Shown: positions 44,023 to 56,092, numbered from the stretch's first letter. The stretch is 64,000 nt of DNA from Nitrospirota bacterium (GCA_963788195.1 CAWBGA010000001.1:96001-160000); one strand, 5' to 3'. Made by a program: numbers and translations. Notes: a model not told the origin generated them from the letters alone.

Positions 44023-44293
44023 GTGGTGCGATTGAGACTGACCAGAGGCGGCCGACACAAACGCCCCTTCTATCGGATTGTGGCCGCGGATTCCAGAATG
44101 CCAAGAGATGGCCGGTACCTCGAGGTTCTCGGCACCTATGATCCGCTCAAGACGCCGGCCGCAGTCACCATGAAGCAGGACCGCGTCATGGCATGGCTGA
44201 AGCAGGGCGCGCAACCGTCGGTGACGGTGCAACATCTGCTGAAAAAGACGCGGCATGCTCAAGCCGATCAAAGAGGCTCCGATCGAGGGGTAA
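44023..44293 (+). CDS. rpsP: 30S ribosomal protein S16 (probable +1 frameshift near 44251)
   Basis: [22 protein letters not shown]; corrected frame ends at TAA 44293. Confidence 0.93.
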
Positions 44294-44410
44294 AGAAATC
44301 TGTCCCACGGGAAAAGGCGCTGTCTTGGCAGCGCCGGGGTGGGCGGGTGAAATGAGATTTCAGGGCACGGGACAAGAGGCTGCTTCAGGCTCGGGGTAGG
44401 GTGGGTGTAA
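44286..44410 (+). repeat. Cluster of nested hairpin/G-tract REP-like elements (locus C)
   Basis: GGCGCTG-TCTTGG-CAGCGCC plus GGG tail lying inside split GAAATCTG (44295)/AGATTTC (44355); further degenerate unit 44367-44410. Confidence 0.9.
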
Positions 44411-44469
44411 TGCCGGGTGCCAGGGTTGATACGGTAGCGTTGGTTATCGACGGCAACGGAAGTGAATCG

Positions 44470-45027
44470 ATGCTCACGGAGCATGTAAAGCCAGCAGACA
44501 CCGATATCGGCGATGTGCCGATGGTGGCTATTGGGAAGATCATGGGAACGCACGGCGTGGAGGGGGAAGTCAAAGTCACCTCGTATTCGGATGTGCCCGG
44601 TCGTTTCGAGGGACTGAAACAGGTGCAGGTGCACGTTTCGTCGGGAGTGAGGACACTCTCGGTTCTGTCGGCTCGTCGGAGCGTCCAGGGGTACCTCTTG
44701 CGTTTCGCATCGATTGAGACGCCGGAAGCCGCAAGGCCGATCATCGGGGGGATTCTGCAGATACCTGAAGAGCGTTTAGCGCCACCGTCGGACGATCGAT
44801 ACTATGAATACCAACTGCTGGGCATGGACGTTCAGACTGAAGAGGGCGCGAAGCTGGGAGTCATCAAAGAAATCCTGACCACAACCGGTAACGCCGTCTT
44901 TGTCGTGGAAAATTCTGAGGGGGCAGAACAGTTGATTCCGGCCACAAAGGAAATCGTGCGGTCGGTCGATGTCGAGACCCGCACGATGCTGGTGCGACAA
45001 GTGGCCGGCTTGTTGGACGCGGACTGA
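44470..45027 (+). CDS. rimM: Ribosome maturation factor RimM
   Basis: IGKI...HGV.GEVKV, YY..QLLG..V, LIP. Confidence 0.92.
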   Translation: MLTEHVKPADTDIGDVPMVAIGKIMGTHGVEGEVKVTSYSDVPGRFEGLKQVQVHVSSGVRTLSVLSARRSVQGYLLRFASIETPEAARPIIGGILQIPEERLAPPSDDRYYEYQLLGMDVQTEEGAKLGVIKEILTTTGNAVFVVENSEGAEQLIPATKEIVRSVDVETRTMLVRQVAGLLDAD

Positions 45028-45767
45028 TGCGCTGCGATGTTCTGACATTATTCCCCGAGATGCTGTCCGGGGTGCTTGACGCAAGTATCTTGAAGCGCGC
45101 CCGCGACAAGGGACTCGTCACCATCCGGGTGGTCAACCTCCGTGACTACACCGAAGGCCGGCACAAGGTCGCCGATGATTCACCCTACGGCGGCGGGGCG
45201 GGCATGGTGCTGAAGCCAGAGCCTGTTTTTCGCGCCGTAGATGCAATCCGCGCAAACGGAGAGGAACTGAGGATCATGTTGATGTCCCCCCAGGGACGAC
45301 GGTTCACCCAGGACATGGCGCAGGAGTTGGCCGATGAATCACGCCGGCTGATCTTTCTCTGCGGGCACTATGAAGGAATTGACGAACGGGTTCGGCTGGG
45401 GCTTCGTCCTGAGGAAGTGTCTGTCGGGGATTTTGTATTGACAGGCGGTGAGCTCCCGGCGCTCATCATGCTCGACGCGGCGGCGCGGTTGATTCCGGGG
45501 GTTCTCGGGGACGCAACCTCCGCCCAAGCCGATTCGTTCACGGGATCATTGCTGGATTACCCACATTATACGAGACCGTCCGAGTTCCGGGGCTTGGAAG
45601 TGCCGGAAGTGCTCCTGTCCGGCAATCATCAGGCGATCGAGGGGTGGCGGCGCGCGGAGGCATTGCGGAATACCTTTTCGAAACGTCCCGATTTGCTGGA
45701 GCGCGCCACGCTGACGCTTGAGGATCAGCGAATTTTGGATGAGTTCTCACGCCGCGGCGCTGTCTGA
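45027..45767 (+). CDS. trmD: tRNA (m1G37) methyltransferase
   Basis: [31 protein letters not shown]. Confidence 0.97.
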   Translation: MRCDVLTLFPEMLSGVLDASILKRARDKGLVTIRVVNLRDYTEGRHKVADDSPYGGGAGMVLKPEPVFRAVDAIRANGEELRIMLMSPQGRRFTQDMAQELADESRRLIFLCGHYEGIDERVRLGLRPEEVSVGDFVLTGGELPALIMLDAAARLIPGVLGDATSAQADSFTGSLLDYPHYTRPSEFRGLEVPEVLLSGNHQAIEGWRRAEALRNTFSKRPDLLERATLTLEDQRILDEFSRRGAV

Positions 45768-45801
45768 CGGACGAGCGGAACGAAGAGAGGAGACTGCAGT
45801 C

Positions 45802-46218
45802 ATGAATCGGCTCGAGCGACTCCAAACGACGATGGTGAAAAAGAATGCTCCCGTCTTCGAGGTCGGTGATACCGTGCGTGTTCATGTCAAGGTCATGGAG
45901 GGCGAGAAGGAACGGATTCAAGTCTATGAAGGAGCGGTCATTGCCAGGAAGGGCGGGCGCAACGCCGAGACCTTCACGGTGCGGAAGTCGTCATTTGGCA
46001 TCTGGGTTGAACGGATCTTTCCGATCCATTCTCCTGTCGTCGACCGCATTGATGTGGTCCGCCAAGGCCGCGTTCGCCGCGCGAAGCTGTACTATCTGAG
46101 AACGAAGAAGGGCAAGATGGCGCGCGTCGCCGAGCGCGAGTATCTCGCCGAGGGCAAGACAAAACAGGACGCCGCTCCTGTGGCCACAACTGCGGAAGAA
46201 GTGCCGGCCGGGGCGTAA
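45802..46218 (+). CDS. rplS: 50S ribosomal protein L19
   Basis: [22 protein letters not shown]. Confidence 0.97.
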   Translation: MNRLERLQTTMVKKNAPVFEVGDTVRVHVKVMEGEKERIQVYEGAVIARKGGRNAETFTVRKSSFGIWVERIFPIHSPVVDRIDVVRQGRVRRAKLYYLRTKKGKMARVAEREYLAEGKTKQDAAPVATTAEEVPAGA

Positions 46219-46229
46219 CCTTTACGCCC

Positions 46230-46850
46230 GTGCCGCTGACGCCGGACGAGATTTTCGAGTGCGAGGCATGGGCCCGGGGGTTCCGGCGTATCGCCGGCCT
46301 GGATGAGGTCGGTTGCGGGCCGCTCGCCGGCCCGGTCGTTGCCGCCGCCGTCATCCTTCCCCGCCGGTGTCGCGCGCTGATCGGGCTTCGTGATTCGAAA
46401 CGATTGAGTGAAAAGCAACGGGAAATTTTTTATGAACTGATCAGGGACGTGGCGTTTGGCTTTGGCGTGGGAATCGTGGACGCCAAGATCATTGATGCGG
46501 TGAATATTCGGCAGGCCGCTCGACGTGCGATGGAACAAGCCCTGCGCCAGCTTTCTCCCCCGCCCGATTTCCTCATCCTCGATGCTATCCGGCTCCCCAA
46601 CGTCACGATCGAGCAGCGGATGGTCATTAAGGGCGATGGATTGTGCATGTCCATTGCTGCCGCCTCGGTTCTTGCGAAAGTCACGCGTGATCGCCTGATG
46701 GTCGAAGCGCATCGAAGATTTCCCGAATATGGATTTCAGGCGCATAAAGGTTATGGAACGGCGGAGCACTTGCGTTGCCTCCGGCGATACGGCCCTTGCG
46801 TCCTGCATCGTCGTAGTTTTCAGCCCATCCGGAAAGCCTTGGGGCGGTGA
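46230..46850 (+). CDS. rnhB: Ribonuclease HII
   Basis: GLDEVG.GPLAGPV, DSK, SIAAASVLAKV.RD, HKGYGT. Confidence 0.95.
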   Translation: MPLTPDEIFECEAWARGFRRIAGLDEVGCGPLAGPVVAAAVILPRRCRALIGLRDSKRLSEKQREIFYELIRDVAFGFGVGIVDAKIIDAVNIRQAARRAMEQALRQLSPPPDFLILDAIRLPNVTIEQRMVIKGDGLCMSIAAASVLAKVTRDRLMVEAHRRFPEYGFQAHKGYGTAEHLRCLRRYGPCVLHRRSFQPIRKALGR

Positions 46851-47239
46851 GCGCCAAACTTCAGCGCGGTGGTGAAGGCGAGCGTGCCGCCGCAAAATTT
46901 TTGGAACGCCGGGGATACCGGATCTTGGCTTCCAATTATCGCACCCGTCTCGGCGAGATCGATCTCATTGCCGAGGACCGGGGGACCCTGGTGTTTATCG
47001 AAGTCAAAGTGAGAGGGACTGATCGCTTTGGAGGCCCGGCTATGGCTATCACCCTGGCAAAGCAGGCCCGCATCGCGCGTTTGGCGCAGCAGTTTCTGGC
47101 GGCCCGCCGCCTGGAAGAGCGACCGTGTCGCTTTGACGCCGTTCTTATCTCAGGTGATGATCCGAACAGCCAGCGCATTGAACTCGTGACGGGCGCTTTT
47201 GAGGTCCCAATGTCCTTGGGTTACCGTGCCCCTTCATGA
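46847..47239 (+). CDS. YraN (UPF0102) family nuclease
   Basis: GEIDLIA, VFIEVK, CRFD. Confidence 0.9.
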   Translation: MSAKLQRGGEGERAAAKFLERRGYRILASNYRTRLGEIDLIAEDRGTLVFIEVKVRGTDRFGGPAMAITLAKQARIARLAQQFLAARRLEERPCRFDAVLISGDDPNSQRIELVTGAFEVPMSLGYRAPS

Positions 47240-47904
47240 TAGAGCTCTATCATGTCTCCAAGAGCTTTCAAGGTCGTCCGGCCCTCCAGGATGTTACCCT
47301 GACGATTGGGAAAGGGGAATTTGTGTATCTCAGCGGTGCGAGTGGTGCGGGGAAGACGACTCTCTTGCGGATGATCTTTCGGGCGGAGAGGCCTGATGAG
47401 GGCCACATCTTGGTGAACAATCGAAACCTCACGGAGCTCAAGGAGAGCGCGGTGCCATACCTGCGCCGATCCATGGGCATCATCTTTCAAGACTTCCGCC
47501 TGCTGCAGAGAAAGACGGTTTTTGACAATGTCGCTGTTACACTGAAAGTCGTCGGTCTCTCAGAGGGATTGCTCAGGCGCAAAGTTTTTGAAGCGCTGCG
47601 GCTCGTCGGCCTCGATGACGTCCCCAAAGCCTTGCCATCGGCATTGTCCGCCGGCGAGCAGCAACGCGTCTGTTTGGCGCGGGCCATTGTGAACGATCCG
47701 CTGATCCTCTTGGCGGATGAGCCCACAAGTAATTTGGACGCCGTCTTGTCCGCGGAGATTCTGAACTTGCTGAAGGCGGTGAACCTTCGAGGGACGACCG
47801 TAGTCGTCGCGACCCACAATCCAAATCTCGTCGGACGCCTCAACCGGCGCATGATTGTGTTGCAGCACGGGCGAGTGATGGAAAGCAAGGCGGCGGAAGC
47901 ATGA
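47236..47904 (+). CDS. ftsE: Cell division ATP-binding protein FtsE
   Basis: GASGAGKT, FQDFRLL, LADEPT. Confidence 0.92.
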   Translation: MIELYHVSKSFQGRPALQDVTLTIGKGEFVYLSGASGAGKTTLLRMIFRAERPDEGHILVNNRNLTELKESAVPYLRRSMGIIFQDFRLLQRKTVFDNVAVTLKVVGLSEGLLRRKVFEALRLVGLDDVPKALPSALSAGEQQRVCLARAIVNDPLILLADEPTSNLDAVLSAEILNLLKAVNLRGTTVVVATHNPNLVGRLNRRMIVLQHGRVMESKAAEA

Positions 47905-48800
47905 CGAAAGTTCGCTATCTCCTGAGCGAAGCGTTCGACAATATGAGGGCGAACCGCACGACGACCGTGACGGCGGTCGTGACGACTGCTTTTACCATGC
48001 TTGGCATGGGGGTGTTCCTGCTGCTTTACCTGAATATACAAAGCGTGCTTGGCTCGCTACGCGAAGAAATTAAGGTAATCGTTTATTTTCGGGATTCAGC
48101 CTCACCTTCAGCGATGGCTGAGCTCAGCGCGAAGCTTCGCGAGGATCCCGCGGTGTCGGGGGTGGAGTTTGTGTCACGCGAGCACGCGCTTGCTGCGTTT
48201 CGCAGCCGCTTCCCTTCCGAGGATCGATTATTGAACGGCCTGGGGGAAAACCCGTTTCCTGCCTCGCTGGTCCTGAAGATCGGTCCGCGTTTTAGAACTT
48301 CTCAAGGGGTCGCCGATCTGGTTTCCAAGCTGCAAGCTCTTCCTGAGGTCGAAGAGGTGCTCTATAATCGGGACTTAATGGAAAATCTCATCGCTGGATT
48401 ACGGTATCTGCGTCTACTGGGAATCCTCGTCGGCGCCGTGCTGGCGGCATCGATGGTGACAATTTTAGCCAATAGCATCCGGCTCACCCTGTATGCTAGG
48501 CGTGATGACATTGAGATTCTCCGGCTCATCGGGGCGACGCCGGGATTCATAAAGACACCGTTTCTGTTAGAAGGAGCGCTCTTGGGTGGAGTAGGTGCGG
48601 CATGTTCCCTGCTCCTGCTGCGCGCGGTATTCGGCTTTGCTGAGACGAAGATGGCGCTCCAGGGAAGCTTCTGGGGGCTCGGCGCCCGTCTCTCCTTCTT
48701 GCCCGGCCGGTTACTGGGCGCAATGGTGATTCTCGGGATCATGCTCGGTTTTCTCGGAAGCATTGTCTCCCTGGGCCAGATTCGTGATGTGCGGCGCTGA
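47901..48800 (+). CDS. ftsX: Cell division permease FtsX
   Basis: Four TM, NSIRLT..ARR.DI.I..LIGAT..FI..PF..EG. Confidence 0.92.
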   Translation: MTKVRYLLSEAFDNMRANRTTTVTAVVTTAFTMLGMGVFLLLYLNIQSVLGSLREEIKVIVYFRDSASPSAMAELSAKLREDPAVSGVEFVSREHALAAFRSRFPSEDRLLNGLGENPFPASLVLKIGPRFRTSQGVADLVSKLQALPEVEEVLYNRDLMENLIAGLRYLRLLGILVGAVLAASMVTILANSIRLTLYARRDDIEILRLIGATPGFIKTPFLLEGALLGGVGAACSLLLLRAVFGFAETKMALQGSFWGLGARLSFLPGRLLGAMVILGIMLGFLGSIVSLGQIRDVRR

Positions 48801-49978
48801 TGCCGACCATCGCAGGGTTGCTGCTGGCTTTACTGGTTGCGCTACCGGGCGCGGTATTGGGGGCCGACAATCTCTCTGAGAAGATCAAGAAGGAACAGCA
48901 GAGCCTCGAGAAGCTCAAGGGAGAGATAAAGGAAAACAAGCGCCGGACGGGCGAAGCCCAACGCAAAGAGGCCTCCGTTTTGCAGTCTATCGAAGATGTG
49001 GATCAGCAACTGAAGCGGCGACGAGAAGAACTGGCCAAGGTCACGACGAAACTTAAGCAGAAAGATCACGAACTCGATTCAACGAGCAGCGCTCTCTCGC
49101 GGGTGCGCAGCAGGATCGAAGAGAGGCAGGAGTCGATTCGTAGCCGGTTACGCGTGATGTATAAGACGGGTCCCGGCACAGACATGAGGCTGCTACTCGG
49201 ATCCCGTGACAGCCAAGATCTTATTTCCCGCCTTGCCATGCTGCGCTGGATCTCCCGGCGGGAATACGTGATGCTGGAAGGATATCGCGGGGATCTCGGC
49301 CAACTGGAATCGACGAACGCCAGGCTTCGGCAAATGCGGCAGGACTTGCTCTCCTTTCGGGAGCAAACAGCCGAGAAGGTGGCGGCGGTGCACGAGGAGC
49401 GAACGAAGAAGGACCATCTGCTGGCGCGTGTGCGAAGTGAAAAAGTGTTGCATGAAAAGGTGGTCCTTGAGCTTGAGAAGTCGGCGCAACGCCTTGAAAC
49501 GCTGCTCAAGGAATTTGAGTCCAGGCGAAAGGCCGCGGCAGCCTTCCGGCCGGACTCAGTTGGAGCAGGCCTGTCGCGTTTCAAAGGCCAGCTTGGGTGG
49601 CCAAGTGACGGCGATGTTGTGTCGCTGTTCGGGCGGCAAAAACATCCCAAGTTTGAGACGTACGTGCAGCGCAAGGGGATCGAGATTCGAGCCGCGCAGG
49701 GTGGGGTGATTCGGTCGGTGTCCGATGGGGTCGTCGCCTTTGCCGATTGGATGCGCGGTTATGGACTGTTGGCGATCATCGATCATGGTGAAGGTTATTT
49801 CACGCTGTATGCACACGCATCCAAGCTGCTTGTCGGCGTCGGAGATGCGGTACGTGGCAATCAGCCCATCGGGGAAATCGGCGATACCGGGCTGACCGGC
49901 CAGAGCACGTTGTATTTTGAGTTGCGCCAAGGCGGAGAAGCTCTGGATCCGCTGGGCTGGTTAGCGAAACGGCGGTAA
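48800..49978 (+). CDS. envC: Murein hydrolase activator EnvC-like (coiled coil + degenerate M23)
   Basis: Long coiled coil, KGIEI, LYFELR; follows ftsEX. Confidence 0.8.
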   Translation: MPTIAGLLLALLVALPGAVLGADNLSEKIKKEQQSLEKLKGEIKENKRRTGEAQRKEASVLQSIEDVDQQLKRRREELAKVTTKLKQKDHELDSTSSALSRVRSRIEERQESIRSRLRVMYKTGPGTDMRLLLGSRDSQDLISRLAMLRWISRREYVMLEGYRGDLGQLESTNARLRQMRQDLLSFREQTAEKVAAVHEERTKKDHLLARVRSEKVLHEKVVLELEKSAQRLETLLKEFESRRKAAAAFRPDSVGAGLSRFKGQLGWPSDGDVVSLFGRQKHPKFETYVQRKGIEIRAAQGGVIRSVSDGVVAFADWMRGYGLLAIIDHGEGYFTLYAHASKLLVGVGDAVRGNQPIGEIGDTGLTGQSTLYFELRQGGEALDPLGWLAKRR

Positions 49979-49992
49979 GGGAAAAGGAGCAT

Positions 49993-51384
49993 GTGATGGA
50001 AGGCAAGGCAACAAAACTGAAAATGGGTCTCGTCATCGTCTTTGCTGTCACATTGGTGACGGGAGTCCTCATCGGTAAAGGATGGGACCGCGCCGTGATG
50101 GCCACGGAGGTCTATGAAGAGCTGAAGACCTTCAGCGAGGTGTTGGACCACGTCAAGAAGCATTACGTCGAAGACGTCAAAACCAAGGATCTCGTCTATG
50201 GAGCGGTTCGAGGAATGCTGGCCACCCTCGATCCCCATTCCGCCTTTATGCCGCCCGATGTGTATAAAGAGGTGCAGGTTGAGACGAAGGGCGAATTCGG
50301 CGGCGTCGGCATACAAATTGGAATGAAAGAGAGCCGGTTGACTGTCATCGCTCCTATCGACGGCACTCCTGCGGAGCGAGCGGGCGTCAAGCCTTCGGAT
50401 GTGATTCTGAAGGTCAATAACGACACCACGAAAGACATGACGCTCATGGACGCCGTGCAGAAGATGCGAGGCGCGAAGGGGACCAAAGTGACACTGACGA
50501 TACAACGGGAAGGAGTTCCTGAGCCTCTCGTGTTTGTGCTGACCCGTGAGATCATAAAGATTGAGAGCGTGAAATCCAAAATGCTCGAGGGCAATATCGG
50601 ATACGTCCGCCTGACACAATTCCAGGATCAGACTGCCAGAGACATGAGCGGCGCGCTTAAGAAGCTGCAGGAACAGAAGATGCAGTCGCTGATTCTAGAT
50701 CTCCGCAACAACCCCGGCGGGCTGCTCACATCCGCTATTGACGTGTCCGAGCAGTTTGTCGGGATGAACAGGCTCATCGTGTACATCAAAACCCGGGATG
50801 GACGAAAGGATGAATACCCGTCCCACATCAAGGACCAACCTGCAGACTACCCCATGATAATCCTCGTGAATGAAGGCAGCGCAAGCGCGTCCGAGATTGT
50901 CGCGGGCGCGCTACAAGATTGGGGGCGGGCCGTCGTAGTCGGCGTTCAAACCTTCGGGAAAGGGTCCGTTCAAACAATCCTGCCACTGGGCGACGGTTCA
51001 GGGCTGCGTCTCACGACCGCGAAATACTACACTCCGAAGGGCCGCAGCATTCATGGCGTCGGAATCTCGCCGGATATTGTCGTGAAGGGTAAACCGACCA
51101 CGACGGCTCCGATCCGCGAGCGGGATCTCGACAAGACTCTTCGTGACCCAAACAAAGAGGAACCACTGATGCTGCCGCCTCCTATCGTCGAGCCGCCGCC
51201 AGTCAAACCTGAGTCCAAGGATGGTAAAAAGGATCGAGACGCCAAGGCGAAAGATAAGGACGGTAAGGAAGTGGAGGAAGATGATCCACAATTGCAAAAG
51301 GCCCTGGACTTGCTGAAATCTTGGATTATTTTCAAGGAGTTGCGGCCCAACCCACGGGACACGCATGTGGAAAAAACCATGTAA
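49993..51384 (+). CDS. ctpA: S41 C-terminal processing protease
   Basis: PDZ, LDLRNNPGG, SASASEI, GKGSVQ. Confidence 0.92.
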   Translation: MMEGKATKLKMGLVIVFAVTLVTGVLIGKGWDRAVMATEVYEELKTFSEVLDHVKKHYVEDVKTKDLVYGAVRGMLATLDPHSAFMPPDVYKEVQVETKGEFGGVGIQIGMKESRLTVIAPIDGTPAERAGVKPSDVILKVNNDTTKDMTLMDAVQKMRGAKGTKVTLTIQREGVPEPLVFVLTREIIKIESVKSKMLEGNIGYVRLTQFQDQTARDMSGALKKLQEQKMQSLILDLRNNPGGLLTSAIDVSEQFVGMNRLIVYIKTRDGRKDEYPSHIKDQPADYPMIILVNEGSASASEIVAGALQDWGRAVVVGVQTFGKGSVQTILPLGDGSGLRLTTAKYYTPKGRSIHGVGISPDIVVKGKPTTTAPIRERDLDKTLRDPNKEEPLMLPPPIVEPPPVKPESKDGKKDRDAKAKDKDGKEVEEDDPQLQKALDLLKSWIIFKELRPNPRDTHVEKTM

Positions 51385-51409
51385 AAAAACCCCTTCGGGG
51401 GGTTGATTT
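51385..51409 (+). terminator. Possible weak terminator hairpin
   Basis: AACCCC-TTCG-GGGG.. followed by GATTT. Confidence 0.4.
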
Positions 51410-51511
51410 CGAACGGAACCGATTTATTCATCTAAAGGACTCTTGCACGGAGGACACGTATCCCCCGCTAAAGGGTTACAACTATACAACGTCAAGGGAG
51501 GGATGAGCATT

Positions 51512-51808
51512 ATGGCAGTGCAAACAGCCGAGAAAAAAGCAGCCGTCGGATTTAAGCCTCTGAAAGATCGCTGCTTCGTGAGTTATACCGAAGAGATGGA
51601 ACGGACAGCGGGAGGGATTTATATCCCGGATGCAGCCAAGGAAAAGCCCCAGAGAGGCAAGATCGAAGCAATCGGGGGTGATGTGAAAGCCGTGAATGTC
51701 GGCGATATTGTCCTCTTCGATAAATATTCGGGCAGCAAGATTAATGTCGAAGGGACCGATTATCTGATTATCAAAGAGGAAGACATCCTGGGCATCTTCG
51801 ACAAATAG
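51512..51808 (+). CDS. groES: Co-chaperonin GroES
   Basis: PLKDR, GGIYIPDAAKEKP, EEDILG. Confidence 0.96.
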   Translation: MAVQTAEKKAAVGFKPLKDRCFVSYTEEMERTAGGIYIPDAAKEKPQRGKIEAIGGDVKAVNVGDIVLFDKYSGSKINVEGTDYLIIKEEDILGIFDK

Positions 51809-51878
51809 ACTCCCGAATCCCGCCAGTCGGGCGGCACGGTTCATCCAGGCTAATTACAGTTATCTAAAAGGTTTCTAA

Positions 51879-53540
<1,662 letters not shown>

Positions 53541-53558
53541 GAAGTCCGGCTGTAGGAG

Positions 53559-53596
53559 AAAAGGCCCTCGGGGAGTCCCCGGGGGCCTTTTTTTTT
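53559..53596. terminator. Bidirectional intrinsic terminator
   Basis: AAAAGGCCCTCGGGGA..CCCCGGGGGCC-T9. Confidence 0.88.
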
Positions 53597-53599
53597 GGA

Positions 53600-53836
53600 C
53601 TACTTGGCGATGACGATGGCCGTCGTCGTCTTGGTGACGCCGTCCACCGATCGGATCTGCGACAACAAGAGGTCGCTCAGCGCCTCCAGGCTCTCGGCTT
53701 CGACATGAACCAGAATGTCATAACTTCCACTGACCATATAGCAGGCCTGGACCCCAGCCATACGCTGGATTGTCTTGTAGGCGCTTTTCGTATGGTCGCC
53801 GGTCACTTCAATTGAAATAAACGCTGCAACGGGCAT
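53600..53836 (-). CDS. Stand-alone Lrp/AsnC ligand-binding domain protein
   Basis: VSGSYDI, IRSVDGV.KT.T; no HTH. Confidence 0.85.
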   Translation of the reverse strand: MPVAAFISIEVTGDHTKSAYKTIQRMAGVQACYMVSGSYDILVHVEAESLEALSDLLLSQIRSVDGVTKTTTAIVIAK

Positions 53837-53876
53837 GTCTTAACTCCAGTTCAAGGAAACAAGCAGGGCAGTTTCG

Positions 53877-54347
53877 TCATGTTCCAGAACATGCGCGGAG
53901 GCGCGCGATACCATCAAGAATCTCCTCATCGGCAGCGGTAACTCCCGGCAGCGTCCGCAAGAGTCGGGACCGCACGAGTGCCTCCAAGTCATCAAGGGTG
54001 CGAATCTGAAGCCGGTCATGGAGATAGCGCAGGATGGGGTGGCTGAGGCCCGGTAGTGAGGCCCAGGTGGCGATGTCGGCTGGTAGGGAGTCCGGCGACT
54101 TTTCCAGGTCCATCCTGCCGTACTCGCAGTAGGCAGTGATCCTTTGCGCGAGGTCGGAGCCGATTCCCTTGATCCGAATAAGCTCTCCCCTCCGCGCCAC
54201 AACCGCGGCTTCCTCCGGCAGCACCGCAATGGCCTCAGCTGCGCGCAGATAGGCCCGAATGCGAAAAGGATTGGCCTGCAGTCGGTCAAGCTCGTTCGCC
54301 ATACGACGAAGTTCAGAAGCAATCGCCTGATTGCTCGGCTGTCCCAC
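53877..54347 (-). CDS. PolX N-terminal helix-hairpin-helix-only protein
   Basis: N..IA..L..MA, NPFRIRAY.RAA, IKGIG; no palm or PHP domain. Confidence 0.75.
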   Translation of the reverse strand: MGQPSNQAIASELRRMANELDRLQANPFRIRAYLRAAEAIAVLPEEAAVVARRGELIRIKGIGSDLAQRITAYCEYGRMDLEKSPDSLPADIATWASLPGLSHPILRYLHDRLQIRTLDDLEALVRSRLLRTLPGVTAADEEILDGIARLRACSGT

Positions 54348-54454
54348 ACCTGATTATAGGCCAAGACGAGTTGTTCGCGCCAAGCGCAATAATGCAGTGC
54401 CGATATCCACCGCATTGACACGGTTTCGCGACCATATGGTAAGATGCCTTAGTA

Positions 54455-54670
54455 ATGCGAATCGTCCTGAACGGAGAGTTCCGGGAGGTGCCAGACGCCT
54501 GCTCCGTGACCTCTCTTTTGACGCAGTTGCAGATCCCAAGTGACCGCGTGGCCGTTGAAGTGAACCTGAATATTGTTGACCGGCGTGCGTTCGACGGAAC
54601 GGACCTTCGGGATGGAGACCGGGTCGAGGTGATTGGATTTATCGGCGGTGGCAAGGAGATCGGACGATGA
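54455..54670 (+). CDS. thiS: Sulfur carrier ThiS with C-terminal extension
   Basis: [21 protein letters not shown] then KEIGR. Confidence 0.9.
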   Translation: MRIVLNGEFREVPDACSVTSLLTQLQIPSDRVAVEVNLNIVDRRAFDGTDLRDGDRVEVIGFIGGGKEIGR

Positions 54671-55440
54671 ATGACGATACGTTGACGATAGCCGGCGTTG
54701 ACTTCCGTTCCCGCCTGTGGGTCGGCACGGGCAAATATAAGGATTTTGTGGAGACACAAAAAGCGATCGAGGCGGCCGGCGCGGATGTGGTGACCGTCGC
54801 CGTGCGGCGCGTCAACATCACCGATCGAAAATCCGACAACCTGCTGGATTATCTCAGTCCGAAGAAATATCACATCCTGCCCAATACCGCCGGCTGCTAT
54901 ACCGTCGAGGATGCGCTTCGCTATGCCCGTTTGGCGCGCGCCGCAGGCGTCTCCGACATGGTAAAGCTCGAAGTCATCGGGGACGAGAAGACGCTGTTTC
55001 CGGACACCGCCGGCCTGATCGAGGCGGCGCGGATTCTCGTGAAGGAAGGATTCATCGTGTTTCCCTATACCAACGATGATCCGGTGGTGGCAAAACGCTT
55101 GGTGGATATCGGTTGTCCTGCGGTGATGCCGCTGGCGGCGCCCATCGGGTCGGGTTTGGGAATTCGCAATCCGTACAACCTGAAGATCTTGATGGAAGCC
55201 GTGAATGTTCCGGTTATCGTTGACGCGGGAGTCGGCACCGCATCCGATGCAGCCCTGGCGATGGAGTATGGCGCGGATGCCGTGCTGATGAATACCGCGA
55301 TTGCAGGGGCGAAGGAGCCCATCCTGATGGCGGAAGCCATGAAGTATGCGATATTGGCCGGACGTCTCGCCTTCAAGGCTGGCCGCATTCCTCGCAAGCT
55401 GTATGCGACGGCGAGCAGCCCAATCGAAGGAATGTTATAA
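54667..55440 (+). CDS. thiG: Thiazole synthase
   Basis: SRL.VGTGKY, LPNTAGC, KLEV, PIGSGLG. Confidence 0.97.
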   Translation: MNDDTLTIAGVDFRSRLWVGTGKYKDFVETQKAIEAAGADVVTVAVRRVNITDRKSDNLLDYLSPKKYHILPNTAGCYTVEDALRYARLARAAGVSDMVKLEVIGDEKTLFPDTAGLIEAARILVKEGFIVFPYTNDDPVVAKRLVDIGCPAVMPLAAPIGSGLGIRNPYNLKILMEAVNVPVIVDAGVGTASDAALAMEYGADAVLMNTAIAGAKEPILMAEAMKYAILAGRLAFKAGRIPRKLYATASSPIEGML

Positions 55441-55465
55441 CCCAAGACCTGCCGATCCTTCCGCG

Positions 55466-56092
55466 ATGGCCCGCGTAGACTTTTCCTTTTACCTAATCAC
55501 CGATCGGCATCTGGTCCGTTCACGATCTCTCTTGGATGTTTGCGGTGCGGCCCTTCAAGCGGGGGTACGCGCGATTCAACTTCGCGAAAAAGATCTGCCG
55601 ACGCGGTCGCTGCTGACCCTAGCGCGTGAACTGTTGGAGCTCACCAGGCCAAGTGGAGCCAATCTCGTCATCAATGACCGGATTGATCTTGCGCTGGTCC
55701 TCGGAACTCGGGCAGTGCATCTTCCAGTCCGTGGCGCCTCGCCGTCGGTCGCGCGACGGCTATTGGGCGACAATGCCCTGATCGCAAGTTCCGCGCACTC
55801 AGCCGACGAAGCCATCGAGGCAGAAGCAGCGGGGGCGGACTTCGTGGTGCTGGGCCCCATTTTCGAGACCCCCACGAAGCGCGCGTTCGGGCCGCCCATC
55901 GGCCTGGAAGAGTTACAGCGCGCGCGAAGGCGCTGCCGGATTCCTCTGTTCGGCATCGGAGGTATTACGCCCGAGCGCGTATCTGAGGTCCAGCGTGCCG
56001 GGGCGCACGGCGTTGCCGTGGTGAGCAGTGTGATGAGCGCAGACGATGTCGAACGCACCTGCATTGATTTTTTGACGGCGCTAAAGGGCTGA
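55466..56092 (+). CDS. thiE: Thiamine-phosphate synthase / TenI-like
   Basis: YLITD, QLREKD, INDR, GP.F.T.TK, IGGI. Confidence 0.85.
   Translation: MARVDFSFYLITDRHLVRSRSLLDVCGAALQAGVRAIQLREKDLPTRSLLTLARELLELTRPSGANLVINDRIDLALVLGTRAVHLPVRGASPSVARRLLGDNALIASSAHSADEAIEAEAAGADFVVLGPIFETPTKRAFGPPIGLEELQRARRRCRIPLFGIGGITPERVSEVQRAGAHGVAVVSSVMSADDVERTCIDFLTALKG

Noticed and set aside
44294..44355. C-terminally extended S16
   Set aside because: The extension results from a probable +1 error reading into the repeat.
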